In this document: in pieces, positions 54,474 through 64,000 of the stretch
How positions within the stretch are numbered: position 1 is the stretch's first letter
Layout of the letters: the number at the start of each line of letters is the position of its first letter
DNA from: an uncultured Victivallales bacterium
GTDB lineage: Bacteria > Verrucomicrobiota > Kiritimatiellia > UBA8416
Assembly (NCBI GenBank): GCA_964497125.1
Contig: CAZCDU010000010.1
Span: 2,888-66,887 of the forward strand
Direction: 5' to 3'
DNA length: 64,000 nucleotides
Translations under genes and position numbers: made by a program
The notes under the pieces: generated by a model
Seen by the model: the letters and a program-made list of their open reading frames with translations, nothing else
What the model was told of the DNA's origin: nothing
Databases searched by the model: none

Positions 54474-57400
54474 CTACCTGAACATGAAGATTGAGCCAGA
54501 CGGTTCGAATACCCGAATGCTACCATCGGTGGCTAGGCCGCCGGTATCCCAGGTCAACTCTCCAGTCAACGCAGGCAGGTTCATTGCTGAGAACGATCCG
54601 CTGAACGAATCCGCATCGAACAGATCGAACGTGGCACCGGCCGCCAGTGTTCCAGCCAGCAGGGTGACGTTCAGCGTGCCGCCGTACGTAATGGTTCCCG
54701 CCTGGGAATTGGCTGTCATATTCACGGTATCGTTGGACGCCACACTACCGGCATAGCCGATATCGAACGCATGCGTGCCGCTACCCAGCGTGAGATCAAC
54801 CCTGTCAGCGGTATCATTAGCGAACGTTCCGATTCCGACACTGGAGAGCGCCGTTCCCGGGTTGACCGAGTTAATGCTTACATCTAGTTCTGTAGCACTA
54901 CTGTTACGAATCGCCGTCGAGCCGTTGAGTGCACCTAACACGACATCATTCTGTCGGAAATCAACAACGTTGCCCTTCATATTAAGGGTCAGGTCTGTAG
55001 CATCGGTCGAAGCCGAGATCCACCACTGCACGTCACCATTACCATCATCACTCGTGATCGTCGTACCCGGGGCAAAGGTCAAACCGCGGACGAACTGTAG
55101 ACGACTGACGTCGGCAACCGTGATATCACCTCCGACGGTACCGCCGGCGTCGTTTCCGCCCACACCGACCTGCCTGCCTGAAGCATCGATCGCACCGGTG
55201 ATTGTCAGTGAGTCTGACGCAGACTGCGGTTCCAACACCAATTGACCGCTGGTCATGCCCGTAGCCGTGATGTTGTTTACTGTGATTGCGCCACTCACGT
55301 TGGCCTGCGGGGCATCGCCTACCACGTATGCATTCACCCCATTGGACCAGGTCCGGTAGGTGCCGCCGGCGCTGTTATCCGGCAGCCATAGCGTCGACGT
55401 CGTATCCCAGGCCCGTGTTCCCGTCGTCACGATCGGCTTCGTGGCACCGTCTCCCAGGTAGAAGTCGATGTTCTTGGTGGAGATCGTGCCGTCAACCAAC
55501 AGTTGCGACGTATCCCATTCGAGAGCGTACGCACTGATGTCGGGCAGGTTGGTTGCGCTGAACGAACCCACCAGGGTGTCCGAAAGCAGGTCAAAGCTGT
55601 CCCCTGCCACCAACGCCTCACTACCCGCGAGCAGGGACACGTTGAGCGTGCCACCCAAGGTGAGCGGCTGCGACGCCCACTGCACGTTGATCCAGTCAGC
55701 GGACGGGGTCCCGCCGCTCTTGCTGATATCCAATTCGGTAACCGCTGAGCCCGCCAACGTGAGCTCACTCCCCCACCCAAGGCGGAGCTCCTCACCGGCT
55801 GCACTGTTGGTCAACACAACACCGGTGCTGTTAATCGTCACCGCGGTAAGGCTTGAACCACCTTCCTTGATGATGATCCCGGCGCCGATCAGCTGGCCCA
55901 ACGTTGCCGTGCCACTGAGATCGCCCGTGAAGCGCAGCTGGTTGCTGTCCGTAAATTTGAAACTCGCGTCCGCGTCAACTCTACCGAGCGAGTTAACGTG
56001 TATGTACCCATTCGAAATCGTACAGATGCCATCAATCTTGGGAGAGCCGTCCATCAGCTTCATCACACCGGCCCCAGCCTTCGTAAAATCATTGCTGAAC
56101 GTGATATCCCAATGGACGGGAACGTCAACGGAGTTCTCAAAGACCGCGCCGGAAGACCACGTGAGCACCTCAACACCACCGCCAGCCTTCTGCAAGCGTT
56201 CAACCGTGGGCGATCCACTCTCCACATCCGTTATGATTCCGCCCAGAGGTGTACCCGCAAAGTTCTCCCAGTCGAAGCGCACGTTTCCCGTGCCGCTCAG
56301 CTCGAAGTGGGCTCTGTCACCAGAGACCAACGACGCGATAAACCCGCCACTACCGCCGGTCGCGTCGCTGTTCCATGTAACCGCCGTGGGATCGACCGTG
56401 ACGGGGCTAGCCGCATTGTCGATCCCAAATCCCACCGCCGTGCCATTCAGATCAAGGTACATATCCTGTGCACCCGCCGTACGAACAATCGAAATCGTCC
56501 CGTCCGTGGTCAGCGATGAAGTATCCCAACCAAGCCCACTGGTAAGCGTCGGCAGGTTGATGGTAGCGAAGGACCCCCCAAAGGAGGCTGCGTCGAACAG
56601 GTCATACGTCTGTCCCTCCGAGACCGAGCCACCAGTCAACGTCACGGTTAGCGTTCCGCCATAGGTTACCGAACCGTTCGCAAGATCAAGTTTATCGGCA
56701 GAACTGGGCGCCGAGACATCGAATGCGTGCGTGCCAGTTCCCAGCGTCACGTTAATCGTATCCCCGGCATCCTCGGTAAACGAGCCGATCCCTGAACTGG
56801 TCGCGCCACTCCCGGGACTCAGAGACTGGATCGTCACATTTGCCATGCCATTGTCATTGTCCAGAAATTCGGCATTCCCGTTGATAGCGCCGAAGTTCAA
56901 CGCATCTTCTCGTAGGTTCAGCGTATCGCCCTGGCCGTTCATGTTGATGGTCAGGCCCGTCATATCGGTCGATACGATGTTATTCCAGAAGTCGACCGAC
57001 GCCAGGCTGGCCGGATCATCCAGCGTAATCACCGTCCCGGGATCAAAGGCCACGCTTCCAACGAGCTGGAAGTACAGTACATCCGAGATATCCATCGTGC
57101 CGGCAATCCCGCCGCCAAACTTGAACCACTGCGGGTTGCCCGTGGTGATTGACCCATTAATGGTTACCGTGCTCGCGGAATTCCCCACCTGCAACCCGTT
57201 CGCAGCGCCACTCCAATAGATGTCGCCTACGGAGATACTCTCGGTGGCCGTGAATGTCTGTCCACCACCACCATAGAAGACAGCATCCTTGCCGTTCACC
57301 CATGTGGTGTAGCTGCCGGAACCACTATTGGTCGGCATCCAGAAGGAGCTGGTTGTATCCCAGTTGCGAGTCCCCGTTACCGTAATGGGGTTCTCGCTGC

Positions 57401-58475
57401 CATTGCCGAAATGCATCGTGTCGGTCGCCACAACCGTGCTGAGCGTGCCATCTACACCGAGTTGTGATGTGTCCCATGAAAGGCCGTAGCTACTGATGTC
57501 CGGCAGACTGGTCGATGAAAACGAACCGGAGATCGAAGACGCATCGAAGAGATCAAAGGTCTTGCCGGCAGCAAGCTCTCCACCCAGCAGAGCCACACTC
57601 AGCGTCCCTCCCAGTGTGATCGTCCCTGACACGTTTCCAACAACATCCAGGAGGTCGTTAGAGACAACCCCGCCAACAGCACCAACATCGAAACTGTGCG
57701 TTCCGGAGCCCAACGTCACGTTGATGGTGTCATCTGCGTCGGTCGTGAAAGATCCTATACCTGCACTCGAAGCCCCAATGCCGGGATTCAGGGAGTTGAT
57801 CGTGACCGTCGACGAAGCGTCGTGACCATCCGACAGCACTGCGTTTCCATTCAGGGCGCCAAACGTGAGTCCATTCTGTCGCAGATTCAGCAAGACGCCA
57901 GAACCGTTCATGTTCAGCGTAAGGTCGCTCATATCAGGGGTACTGATGTTGTTCCAGAAATCCACGTGGGTCAGGTTGGTCGGATCGTTGAGCGTGATCT
58001 CTGTGCTGGCGGCCGGATTCGCGTCATTGATGAACTGCAGGTGTGCGACACCTGACAGCACGTCAAAGCTGCCGCCGAAGTTGCCGGCGAACTTGAACCA
58101 TCGCGGACTGCCTGCGTAGTCAACCACGATGGAGCCGTTCACGGAAAGGGTCTTGTCGGCAGAGGAGTCAAATGTCAGAGCGGAGGCCGCATTACTCCAG
58201 GTAATGTTGTTTGCGGAGATATTCTCGGTTGCGGTGATAGTCATTGCGCCGCCATGGAATACCGCATCATTGCTGTCAACCCAAGTGGTCCATGGCGCTC
58301 CGTTCGTGTTGTTGTCCAGCCACAGAGAGGACGTGGCATCCCAGTTACGGTCGCCAGTGGTAGTGACAGGAGTTGTAGCACCATCTCCCATGTGCTGTGT
58401 CGCGGCGAATGCAGCGCTTGTAAGAGCCAAGCATATGACTGCCTGGACGATGCCTATCGTGGTCCGTGTTCTCAT
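54474..58475 (-). CDS. large secreted repeat protein (autotransporter-associated beta-strand/PATR-type repeats)
   Basis: 1333 aa with a signal peptide. About four ~330-aa internal repeats, each ending '...G.TFDLFDA.S..GSF....LP.L..GL.WDTS.L..DG...'. Confidence 0.55.
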   Translation of the reverse strand: MRTRTTIGIVQAVICLALTSAAFAATQHMGDGATTPVTTTGDRNWDATSSLWLDNNTNGAPWTTWVDSNDAVFHGGAMTITATENISANNITWSNAASALTFDSSADKTLSVNGSIVVDYAGSPRWFKFAGNFGGSFDVLSGVAHLQFINDANPAASTEITLNDPTNLTHVDFWNNISTPDMSDLTLNMNGSGVLLNLRQNGLTFGALNGNAVLSDGHDASSTVTINSLNPGIGASSAGIGSFTTDADDTINVTLGSGTHSFDVGAVGGVVSNDLLDVVGNVSGTITLGGTLSVALLGGELAAGKTFDLFDASSISGSFSSTSLPDISSYGLSWDTSQLGVDGTLSTVVATDTMHFGNGSENPITVTGTRNWDTTSSFWMPTNSGSGSYTTWVNGKDAVFYGGGGQTFTATESISVGDIYWSGAANGLQVGNSASTVTINGSITTGNPQWFKFGGGIAGTMDISDVLYFQLVGSVAFDPGTVITLDDPASLASVDFWNNIVSTDMTGLTINMNGQGDTLNLREDALNFGAINGNAEFLDNDNGMANVTIQSLSPGSGATSSGIGSFTEDAGDTINVTLGTGTHAFDVSAPSSADKLDLANGSVTYGGTLTVTLTGGSVSEGQTYDLFDAASFGGSFATINLPTLTSGLGWDTSSLTTDGTISIVRTAGAQDMYLDLNGTAVGFGIDNAASPVTVDPTAVTWNSDATGGSGGFIASLVSGDRAHFELSGTGNVRFDWENFAGTPLGGIITDVESGSPTVERLQKAGGGVEVLTWSSGAVFENSVDVPVHWDITFSNDFTKAGAGVMKLMDGSPKIDGICTISNGYIHVNSLGRVDADASFKFTDSNQLRFTGDLSGTATLGQLIGAGIIIKEGGSSLTAVTINSTGVVLTNSAAGEELRLGWGSELTLAGSAVTELDISKSGGTPSADWINVQWASQPLTLGGTLNVSLLAGSEALVAGDSFDLLSDTLVGSFSATNLPDISAYALEWDTSQLLVDGTISTKNIDFYLGDGATKPIVTTGTRAWDTTSTLWLPDNSAGGTYRTWSNGVNAYVVGDAPQANVSGAITVNNITATGMTSGQLVLEPQSASDSLTITGAIDASGRQVGVGGNDAGGTVGGDITVADVSRLQFVRGLTFAPGTTITSDDGNGDVQWWISASTDATDLTLNMKGNVVDFRQNDVVLGALNGSTAIRNSSATELDVSINSVNPGTALSSVGIGTFANDTADRVDLTLGSGTHAFDIGYAGSVASNDTVNMTANSQAGTITYGGTLNVTLLAGTLAAGATFDLFDADSFSGSFSAMNLPALTGELTWDTGGLATDGSIRVFEPSGSIFMFR

Positions 58476-58497
58476 GGTATCTTCCTCCGTTCGCTTC

Positions 58498-60663
58498 TTA
58501 TCGAATCACAAAAACAAACCCCTTCAGTTTCTCTACTGAAATCACGCCATCGGTTTCGAGTGCCTTGGTATTCCAGAACAGGGGTGTTCCACTCAGGTCA
58601 GGCAAGGTGACCGAGCTGAAGGAACCAAGAATCGTTCCGGCATCCAGGATTTTGAATGAATCTCCCCCCTCAAGCGGATCGGACCCGCCGACGAGTGACA
58701 CGTCGAGACCGCCGAAGACGGCGAGTGTCTTGTCCGGCCAGTCAATCCGGATCACGTCCTGTGTTGTACTGCCGCCGGACTTCGCGATATCGAGCTTGCT
58801 GGTTGCGCTGGAGCCCAACGTCAGACTCAACCCCCAACCGGCCAGGATCTCATCGGTGGCATCGCCGTCGGACATATCAATGCCGCCCTCCAGCACGAGG
58901 ACGGTGTTGGTCAAGGCCACGCCGCCACTATTGATGATGTTGCCGGACCCACTCAGCTTTCCGATACTCTTCGTTGCGTCCCTGAACGTCCCCGCATTTG
59001 AAGCATGGGCATGGAGCGCAAGCGCCCCCCCGGCCAGGTGGAAACTTGAGGTCTCGTCCACCGTCCCGGCCCTGTTCAGTCGCACCTCACCACCACTGAT
59101 GCTGAGCGTGCCGCTCAGCTTTCGGTCACCATCACCGAACTCTAGCTGCCTCGCCCCCACCTTCGTGTAGTCATTCGTGGTTCCCAGGTTCCACCAGAAC
59201 CCGAAATCGAGAATGGAAGCATCCACAACCGCACCCGGTGCCCACTCGATGATCGCAGATCCGATCCCCTCGTTGTCATGCTGGAACCGGTTGACCGATG
59301 CTGTACTTCCTGATTCACGCGAAACCTGGATCCCGCCAAGCTGTACACCACTGCCGGTGACGGAGGAGAGAAGCTCGAAAAGCACCCCGCCGTTACCACT
59401 CAAACGGAAGTGCGCGACCTCGCCGCTGGTGAGCGCCCCGTGCCCACTGACCCCGGTGGGGTCGGTTGTCCATGCCCACGACGCTCCCTGGGTGTAGTCG
59501 AACTGCACCTCATTGGCGGAATCGCCATTACCCGTGGTGCTGGAGATTCCGAAGCCGGGAGCCGTACCGTTAATATCGAGGTATTTCGGTGCAGCCGTGA
59601 CTCTCAAAGTGCCATCCACACCAAGCTGCGTGGTATCCCAACCCAGACCACTGCTGCTGATATTGGGCAGGTCGAACTCCGTGAACCCGCCTGCCAGGTC
59701 ACTTGCTTCAAGCAACCGGAAGCTGTCACTCATCGCAAGCGCATCACCGGGCAGCAGGCGGACGGTGAGCTTGCCATCAACTGTAATCGACCTTCCCGTC
59801 CCGGTCACAACAACCATGTCCTGCGTGGTAACCCCGGCAGTCTTCACGATGTCGAAGGCACTTTCTGAGCTCGCCGACAGAACGAGCGAGGCGCGATCCT
59901 CGATCGACAGTAAGCTACCCGCCGCGTTATTCGTTAGCACCACGCCTGTCGTATTGACGACAACGCCCGTGAGACCGTCGCTGCCAGCACCGTCGTTGAT
60001 AATGCTTCCACTGCCGATAAGTCTGCCCAGCGTCGCGGGACCAACCAGTCCAGGCCTGATTCTAAGTTGATTGTCAGCGGTGAACTCGAAGCTGGAACTG
60101 GAATCCACGGTAACAAGTTCGTTGATGACAACGTACCCGTTCGAAATCGTGCATAACCCGTCGATCTTAGCGCTGTTGTCACCTAGCTTGAGCCAACTTG
60201 AACCCGTCTTGGTGAAGTCATTGCTGGTTGCGAAATGCCACCAGAATCCGTTACCGACGTCATCGGTCTGGACGGTTGCCCCGGGAGAGAAGCCCAAGAT
60301 TTCCAAGCCCCCACCCGGCTTCTGGAAACGCTGGATTGTAGCCGTGCTGCCTCCTGTTCTGTAGGTATGCAGGCCGCCTACACTGACGCCGCCGTAGTTT
60401 GCCCAGTTGAACAGGTTGCCGCCAGTGCCTTCGAGACCGAAATGCAGAACGTCGCCATTCGAAACGGTGGTCAGCGTACCACCGGCGCCACCGGTCGAGT
60501 CCGTGTTCCATGTCGTCGCCGTTGGATCGACCACGAACGTGCTCGCAGCACCAATCCCAAACCCTGCCGCCGTTCCGTTGTTGTCGAAGTAGAGATCGGC
60601 AGCCTGAACGGCAGCCCCAAGTAACATCATCACCACCAGTACAAGAATTCTGCGTGTTTGCAA
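58498..60663 (-). CDS. large secreted repeat protein, paralogue of the upstream PATR-type protein
   Basis: 721 aa with a signal peptide. Same repeat module ('...SFKILDAGTILGSFSSVTLPDLSGTPLFWNTKALETDGVISV'). Confidence 0.55.
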   Translation of the reverse strand: MQTRRILVLVVMMLLGAAVQAADLYFDNNGTAAGFGIGAASTFVVDPTATTWNTDSTGGAGGTLTTVSNGDVLHFGLEGTGGNLFNWANYGGVSVGGLHTYRTGGSTATIQRFQKPGGGLEILGFSPGATVQTDDVGNGFWWHFATSNDFTKTGSSWLKLGDNSAKIDGLCTISNGYVVINELVTVDSSSSFEFTADNQLRIRPGLVGPATLGRLIGSGSIINDGAGSDGLTGVVVNTTGVVLTNNAAGSLLSIEDRASLVLSASSESAFDIVKTAGVTTQDMVVVTGTGRSITVDGKLTVRLLPGDALAMSDSFRLLEASDLAGGFTEFDLPNISSSGLGWDTTQLGVDGTLRVTAAPKYLDINGTAPGFGISSTTGNGDSANEVQFDYTQGASWAWTTDPTGVSGHGALTSGEVAHFRLSGNGGVLFELLSSVTGSGVQLGGIQVSRESGSTASVNRFQHDNEGIGSAIIEWAPGAVVDASILDFGFWWNLGTTNDYTKVGARQLEFGDGDRKLSGTLSISGGEVRLNRAGTVDETSSFHLAGGALALHAHASNAGTFRDATKSIGKLSGSGNIINSGGVALTNTVLVLEGGIDMSDGDATDEILAGWGLSLTLGSSATSKLDIAKSGGSTTQDVIRIDWPDKTLAVFGGLDVSLVGGSDPLEGGDSFKILDAGTILGSFSSVTLPDLSGTPLFWNTKALETDGVISVEKLKGFVFVIR

Positions 60664-60915
60664 TGTGCGCTCCCTTCTGTCGCGGCGACCGCGAAATAAG
60701 CTGTATTACCGGCCAGCGTCTAGACCTCTTCAAATGAAAACGGTTACATTATGGCACGGCGCTCGTCTTTCGTCAACCAGAAATCTGAAGATTTCATACC
60801 CCCCGGCAATCTGCCTGCGACCGGGGGCACGCCCATTGTCATCGCTTACACTAATGTGCAGCACATGACATTCCTCAAGTGCAAAGATCTGTTAATCGAC
60901 GACGACGCCCAAGGC

Positions 60916-62208
60916 TCATGGCTCCCTGGCGGCGGGCAGTACGTTGAGCGTCTCGGTCTCCCCGTCGATGGTCACGGCATGCGTCCCGTAGAACACACGG
61001 ATGTCGCAGATTCCCTCCGAATCAAACTCCCCGTCAAAGTCGGTCCACCACCGTCCAAAGACCAAGTCGCGATAGGATCTTGAAACAAGCGTTTCTGACC
61101 AGTCCCGCCGCCATAGTGCTGCCTTGGGACGCCAGTGAGCGCCCTCCCAGAACCCCCACATGGTGATACTGACAACAGACGGATGCGCAAAAGCACGCGA
61201 GTAGAGAGTCGCCAGGGCCAAGGCGCGGACGTGCTCATCGGCCACGTTGACATCAAATTCCGTTATCGCTATTGGCAGACCGAACTGCGCCAGGCGGTCA
61301 AGGCGCTGACTCAAGACCTCTGCATCGACCATACGGGTGTAGTGCCCCTGCACCCCTACCCCGCCAACGGGCAACCCAGCATCCAGGAAGCCCCTAATCT
61401 GTTTCTCATAGCGTGACAGATCGCCGCCAGTCAGAATGCCGTAGTCATTCACGTAGAGCACAGCGTCAGGATCATGCTGGCGACACCATCTGAACATCTG
61501 GGGCCAGATTGCCTCGCCCAACCGGTCGCGGTAGTATGTGCAGTGCACCATCTCGTTGTTCACATCATACTCAGGAATGCGGCCGCGATAGCGAGTCATC
61601 ACGTCGCGAGCCCGGTCCGCCAGACTGAGTCGCAGCGCATCGTCACCCAGCGCCTTCTGCCATGCCGGCACAAGCTTGTCACGCCCCCAGTACACACAGT
61701 GCCCCCGCATCGCCAAACCATGCGATTCGCACCAGGCCAGGGCATCGTCCGCCACTCGGAAATCGATCTTCCCTGGGCGCCTCTCCGTCGAGTACCACTT
61801 CAGCGCATTCTCATGCACCGCGGCGTTGAAGTTCTGTTCGAGGACTGCCAGGTACTGCTCGCGATCGTCTTGAGCCATCCTGCCGTCAAAGGCCGCATTC
61901 GATATCGCCGTCCCGAACCGAAACGCATGCCGCTGCTGACGCACACGCACACGGGCCCCGGGCTTCCCCCGCAGGCGCACGATGCGGGTGCGATGCTTCA
62001 AGATACCGGGCATGCAGGAATCCACGATAGCATCGAGCTTGGCCCCAAAGTCTGCTGCCCGATCTTGCTTCGCCGTCTCGTGGCGAACAGCGCCAGGAGA
62101 TTCCTGTGAAGGCAACAGAATCACTGTCGCCAAGCCTAAACTCAATCCCAATCGCACGTCGTACTCCTTCTGTCTTGATAGCCACACGGCAGGAAGATCA
62201 TACCACAA
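60916..62208 (-). CDS. glycoside hydrolase family 10 (endo-1,4-beta-xylanase-like)
   Basis: GH10 signatures 'ENALKWY', acid/base 'YDVNNEM' and nucleophile 'AITEFDV'. Length 430 aa. Confidence 0.7.
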   Translation of the reverse strand: MWYDLPAVWLSRQKEYDVRLGLSLGLATVILLPSQESPGAVRHETAKQDRAADFGAKLDAIVDSCMPGILKHRTRIVRLRGKPGARVRVRQQRHAFRFGTAISNAAFDGRMAQDDREQYLAVLEQNFNAAVHENALKWYSTERRPGKIDFRVADDALAWCESHGLAMRGHCVYWGRDKLVPAWQKALGDDALRLSLADRARDVMTRYRGRIPEYDVNNEMVHCTYYRDRLGEAIWPQMFRWCRQHDPDAVLYVNDYGILTGGDLSRYEKQIRGFLDAGLPVGGVGVQGHYTRMVDAEVLSQRLDRLAQFGLPIAITEFDVNVADEHVRALALATLYSRAFAHPSVVSITMWGFWEGAHWRPKAALWRRDWSETLVSRSYRDLVFGRWWTDFDGEFDSEGICDIRVFYGTHAVTIDGETETLNVLPAAREP

Positions 62209-62222
62209 CTGAGAGCAGAGGG

Positions 62223-63416
62223 CTACTTCGCCACGCCATTTCCCTGGCGAGTGAACGCCTGGACAATTCGGACCGGTGCAGTTCTGAGCATGTTGCCCAT
62301 GCCCTTGTTGTGGGCTGTGATGACGATGACCAGATCAAGTTCCGGCAGCATGAGAATGAACTGGCCGCCGGCGCCGCGGCCGGATTTGCAGACATAGGTA
62401 CGGTCGCCGACTTCGGCATCGGCTTGCCACCAGAAGAAGCCATAGGAGGTCCCCTTTGGATTGGTGTGAAGGCGGTCGGTGGCGCGTTCGATGAACGCGG
62501 CGGGGATCAGCGTCTCGCCATTCCACTTGCCTTGCTGCATCACCAGCAGCCCGAACTTGAGCATGTCGCGGGATCGGATACTGGAGCCGGCAGCTGACTT
62601 CGGCAGGCCGCTGACGTCATCCTGCCAGCCGTAGTTGGTGATGCCCAGCCTTCCGAGCAGCTCCGTCTTGATGAACTGCTTCGCCGATCCGGGAACGACA
62701 ACATCGAGCACCTGCATCGTCATGCATGGATCCGCGCCCTGGTACTTGAACTCGCGGGGTGACGGCGGAATCGACGCACTGTGTTCCAGATACGCCTGGA
62801 TCTGCCCCTGCCCGTTCAGTCGGTCGGGCTGCCTCATCAGCTCCCTGGCCTTTGCCTTGTCGATACGGATGCCGGAGCGCATGTTCATCGCTTCGGCTAG
62901 CGTGATGGCAGATGCGCCATCCACGAGTTTCTGCGGATCAAGGTCTTGGAGGAAGTCGACGACCGACGTGTCGAGATCGTCCATTGCGAGGTGCCCCAGC
63001 TGAATGGCACGGCCGATAGCCAACGTCGTGTAGGACTTCGTAATGGACATCTGGTAATGCGGGTAGTTCGCGCGTCCGCGACGATAGTAGGATTCAAACA
63101 GCAGCTTCCCCCGGTGCGAGATGAGCAGGCTATCGACCTCGCCATGCTGCCCATCGGCAATCTCGCGGGCAAACACCAGAATGATCTTCCTGGCATCGTT
63201 GTTCAGTTCGCCTACCGCAATCCCGTCACCCAGCTCCCGTGGCGAAGCGTCGATGAATGGCTCCGCCAGGTCAGGGATGCTCTTCTCCTTGGCATAGGAG
63301 ACGTCGGCCGCATTGAGATCAGTAATCTCCGGGGCCAGCCCGTTGCTTTCACTCCCGTGAAGAGCCGTGACCAGCAAAAGGAATGCAAGGCAGGTTAAGT
63401 GACGTCTTCCACCCAT
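62223..63416 (-). CDS. beta-lactamase-fold serine hydrolase (class C/PBP4*-like esterase)
   Basis: Signal peptide. Active-site 'S-x-x-K' in 'QMSITKSYT'. Length 397 aa. Confidence 0.65.
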   Translation of the reverse strand: MGGRRHLTCLAFLLLVTALHGSESNGLAPEITDLNAADVSYAKEKSIPDLAEPFIDASPRELGDGIAVGELNNDARKIILVFAREIADGQHGEVDSLLISHRGKLLFESYYRRGRANYPHYQMSITKSYTTLAIGRAIQLGHLAMDDLDTSVVDFLQDLDPQKLVDGASAITLAEAMNMRSGIRIDKAKARELMRQPDRLNGQGQIQAYLEHSASIPPSPREFKYQGADPCMTMQVLDVVVPGSAKQFIKTELLGRLGITNYGWQDDVSGLPKSAAGSSIRSRDMLKFGLLVMQQGKWNGETLIPAAFIERATDRLHTNPKGTSYGFFWWQADAEVGDRTYVCKSGRGAGGQFILMLPELDLVIVITAHNKGMGNMLRTAPVRIVQAFTRQGNGVAK

Positions 63417-63423
63417 ATGAAAA

Positions 63424-64000
63424 TCACTCCTCGCCTCTCATGTGAACAGATTCAAAGGCCCCCTCCAACACCCGCCTGATTCGCTTCTGTTGCGGATTGA
63501 GATGCTGGATCGGATCCGTTTCCAAACAATCTCGTTTCACGTCATAGAAGCGCCCATCGTCATAGAGCTTGAAGCGGCGGTTTCTGACGAACTCCTGCGC
63601 GCCCTGTTTCTGTCGGCCGTTCTGCCAGTAATGCAGGAAGACCCAGTCACGCGGCGTGCCCTTCTCGCCCTTTAACTGGGGGAGGAACGAAACGCCGTCG
63701 ATGACGCGGTCGGATGGCAACGTTGCGCCGGCTGCCTCGGCCAACGTCGGTAAGAAATCGCTGAAGTCTATGAGATCGCGACTCACGATTCCCGGTTTGG
63801 TTGTTCCGGGGTGATACGCGACCAGCGGTACATGCGTGCCGCCATCCGTCATAAGTGCCTTGCCGCCCTGCACCGGTCCATCCTTGGTGTCGGTCATCAC
63901 GCGCTTGTCGGTGCCGTTGTCGCCGGTGAAGAGGATGATCGTGTTGTCGGCCACGCCGTGCTTCTCCAGGGAGGAACGAATGCGACCAACAATCCTATCC
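63424..64000 (-). CDS. sulfatase (arylsulfatase A family), C-terminal portion; gene continues beyond window end
   Basis: 'ADNTIILFTGDNG' and 'GGTHVPL' sulfatase motifs. The reading frame stays open to position 64000, so the ORF-table Met at 63954 is internal. Confidence 0.7.
   Translation of the reverse strand, partial: DRIVGRIRSSLEKHGVADNTIILFTGDNGTDKRVMTDTKDGPVQGGKALMTDGGTHVPLVAYHPGTTKPGIVSRDLIDFSDFLPTLAEAAGATLPSDRVIDGVSFLPQLKGEKGTPRDWVFLHYWQNGRQKQGAQEFVRNRRFKLYDDGRFYDVKRDCLETDPIQHLNPQQKRIRRVLEGAFESVHMRGEE

Noticed and set aside
1-64000. tRNA or rRNA genes in intergenic gaps
   Set aside because: The uncovered gaps (4411-5392, 11513-11778, 13719-13980, 25703-26005, 37584-37829, 38958-39428, 47033-47733, 60664-60915) showed no cloverleaf-like acceptor/T-arm pattern (GTTCRANYC) by eye and no rRNA-like conserved blocks. 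A tRNAscan-SE/Infernal run would be needed to be sure.

Overview
About 64 kb of high-GC (roughly 60%) bacterial chromosome. Gene content points to a strict anaerobe, possibly of the PVC superphylum; that lineage call is inference from the PATR-repeat, lamin-tail/CotH, sulfatase and sialate-esterase genes. Coding is dense and mostly on the minus strand. In order along the window: (1) a MacAB/Lol-like tripartite efflux operon (HlyD adaptor, ABC ATPase, two FtsX-type permeases). (2) A sulfur-assimilation cluster: a PP-loop ATPase, a sulfite reductase fused to TusA, and a ThiS-like carrier, MoeB-like E1, JAMM protease and MetY, i.e. the protein-thiocarboxylate route to homocysteine. (3) TatA and MoaA next to a Tat-exported Mo-bisPGD oxidoreductase module: catalytic subunit, 4-cluster FeS subunit, TorD-like chaperone, a membrane-anchored 11-12-heme NapC/NrfH-type cytochrome and a porin. 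Immediately upstream are a NarX/NarL-like two-component system, a PhnD-like periplasmic binding protein and two stand-alone receiver proteins. (4) A complete carbonyl branch of the Wood-Ljungdahl pathway: cooC-acsA-acsB-acsC-RACo-acsF-acsD-acsE, plus a DUF3786-like ORF. (5) A divergently transcribed XRE-HTH regulator with an 8-Cys C-terminal domain and a zinc-ribbon protein. (6) A bioB-bioA-bioF-bioG-bioC-bioD biotin operon. (7) RecQ. (8) A secreted/glycan-degradation region: SASA-like esterase, a 1637-aa lamin-tail/CotH protein, two tandem PATR-repeat proteins, a GH10 xylanase, a beta-lactamase-fold hydrolase and a partial sulfatase. The most unusual non-coding signal is a family of intergenic repeats in three places (about 5.0-5.4 kb, 39.1-39.3 kb, 47.1-47.7 kb). 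They are built from short hairpin + 'TAATCAGGGTGAAAC' units with 'GAAGTTTCAG' inverted termini, and two near-identical 138-nt highly self-complementary elements. A C6/C8-GGTACCA-G10 homopolymer palindrome abuts the start of the Cys-rich regulator. No rRNA, tRNA or CRISPR array was recognised by eye.
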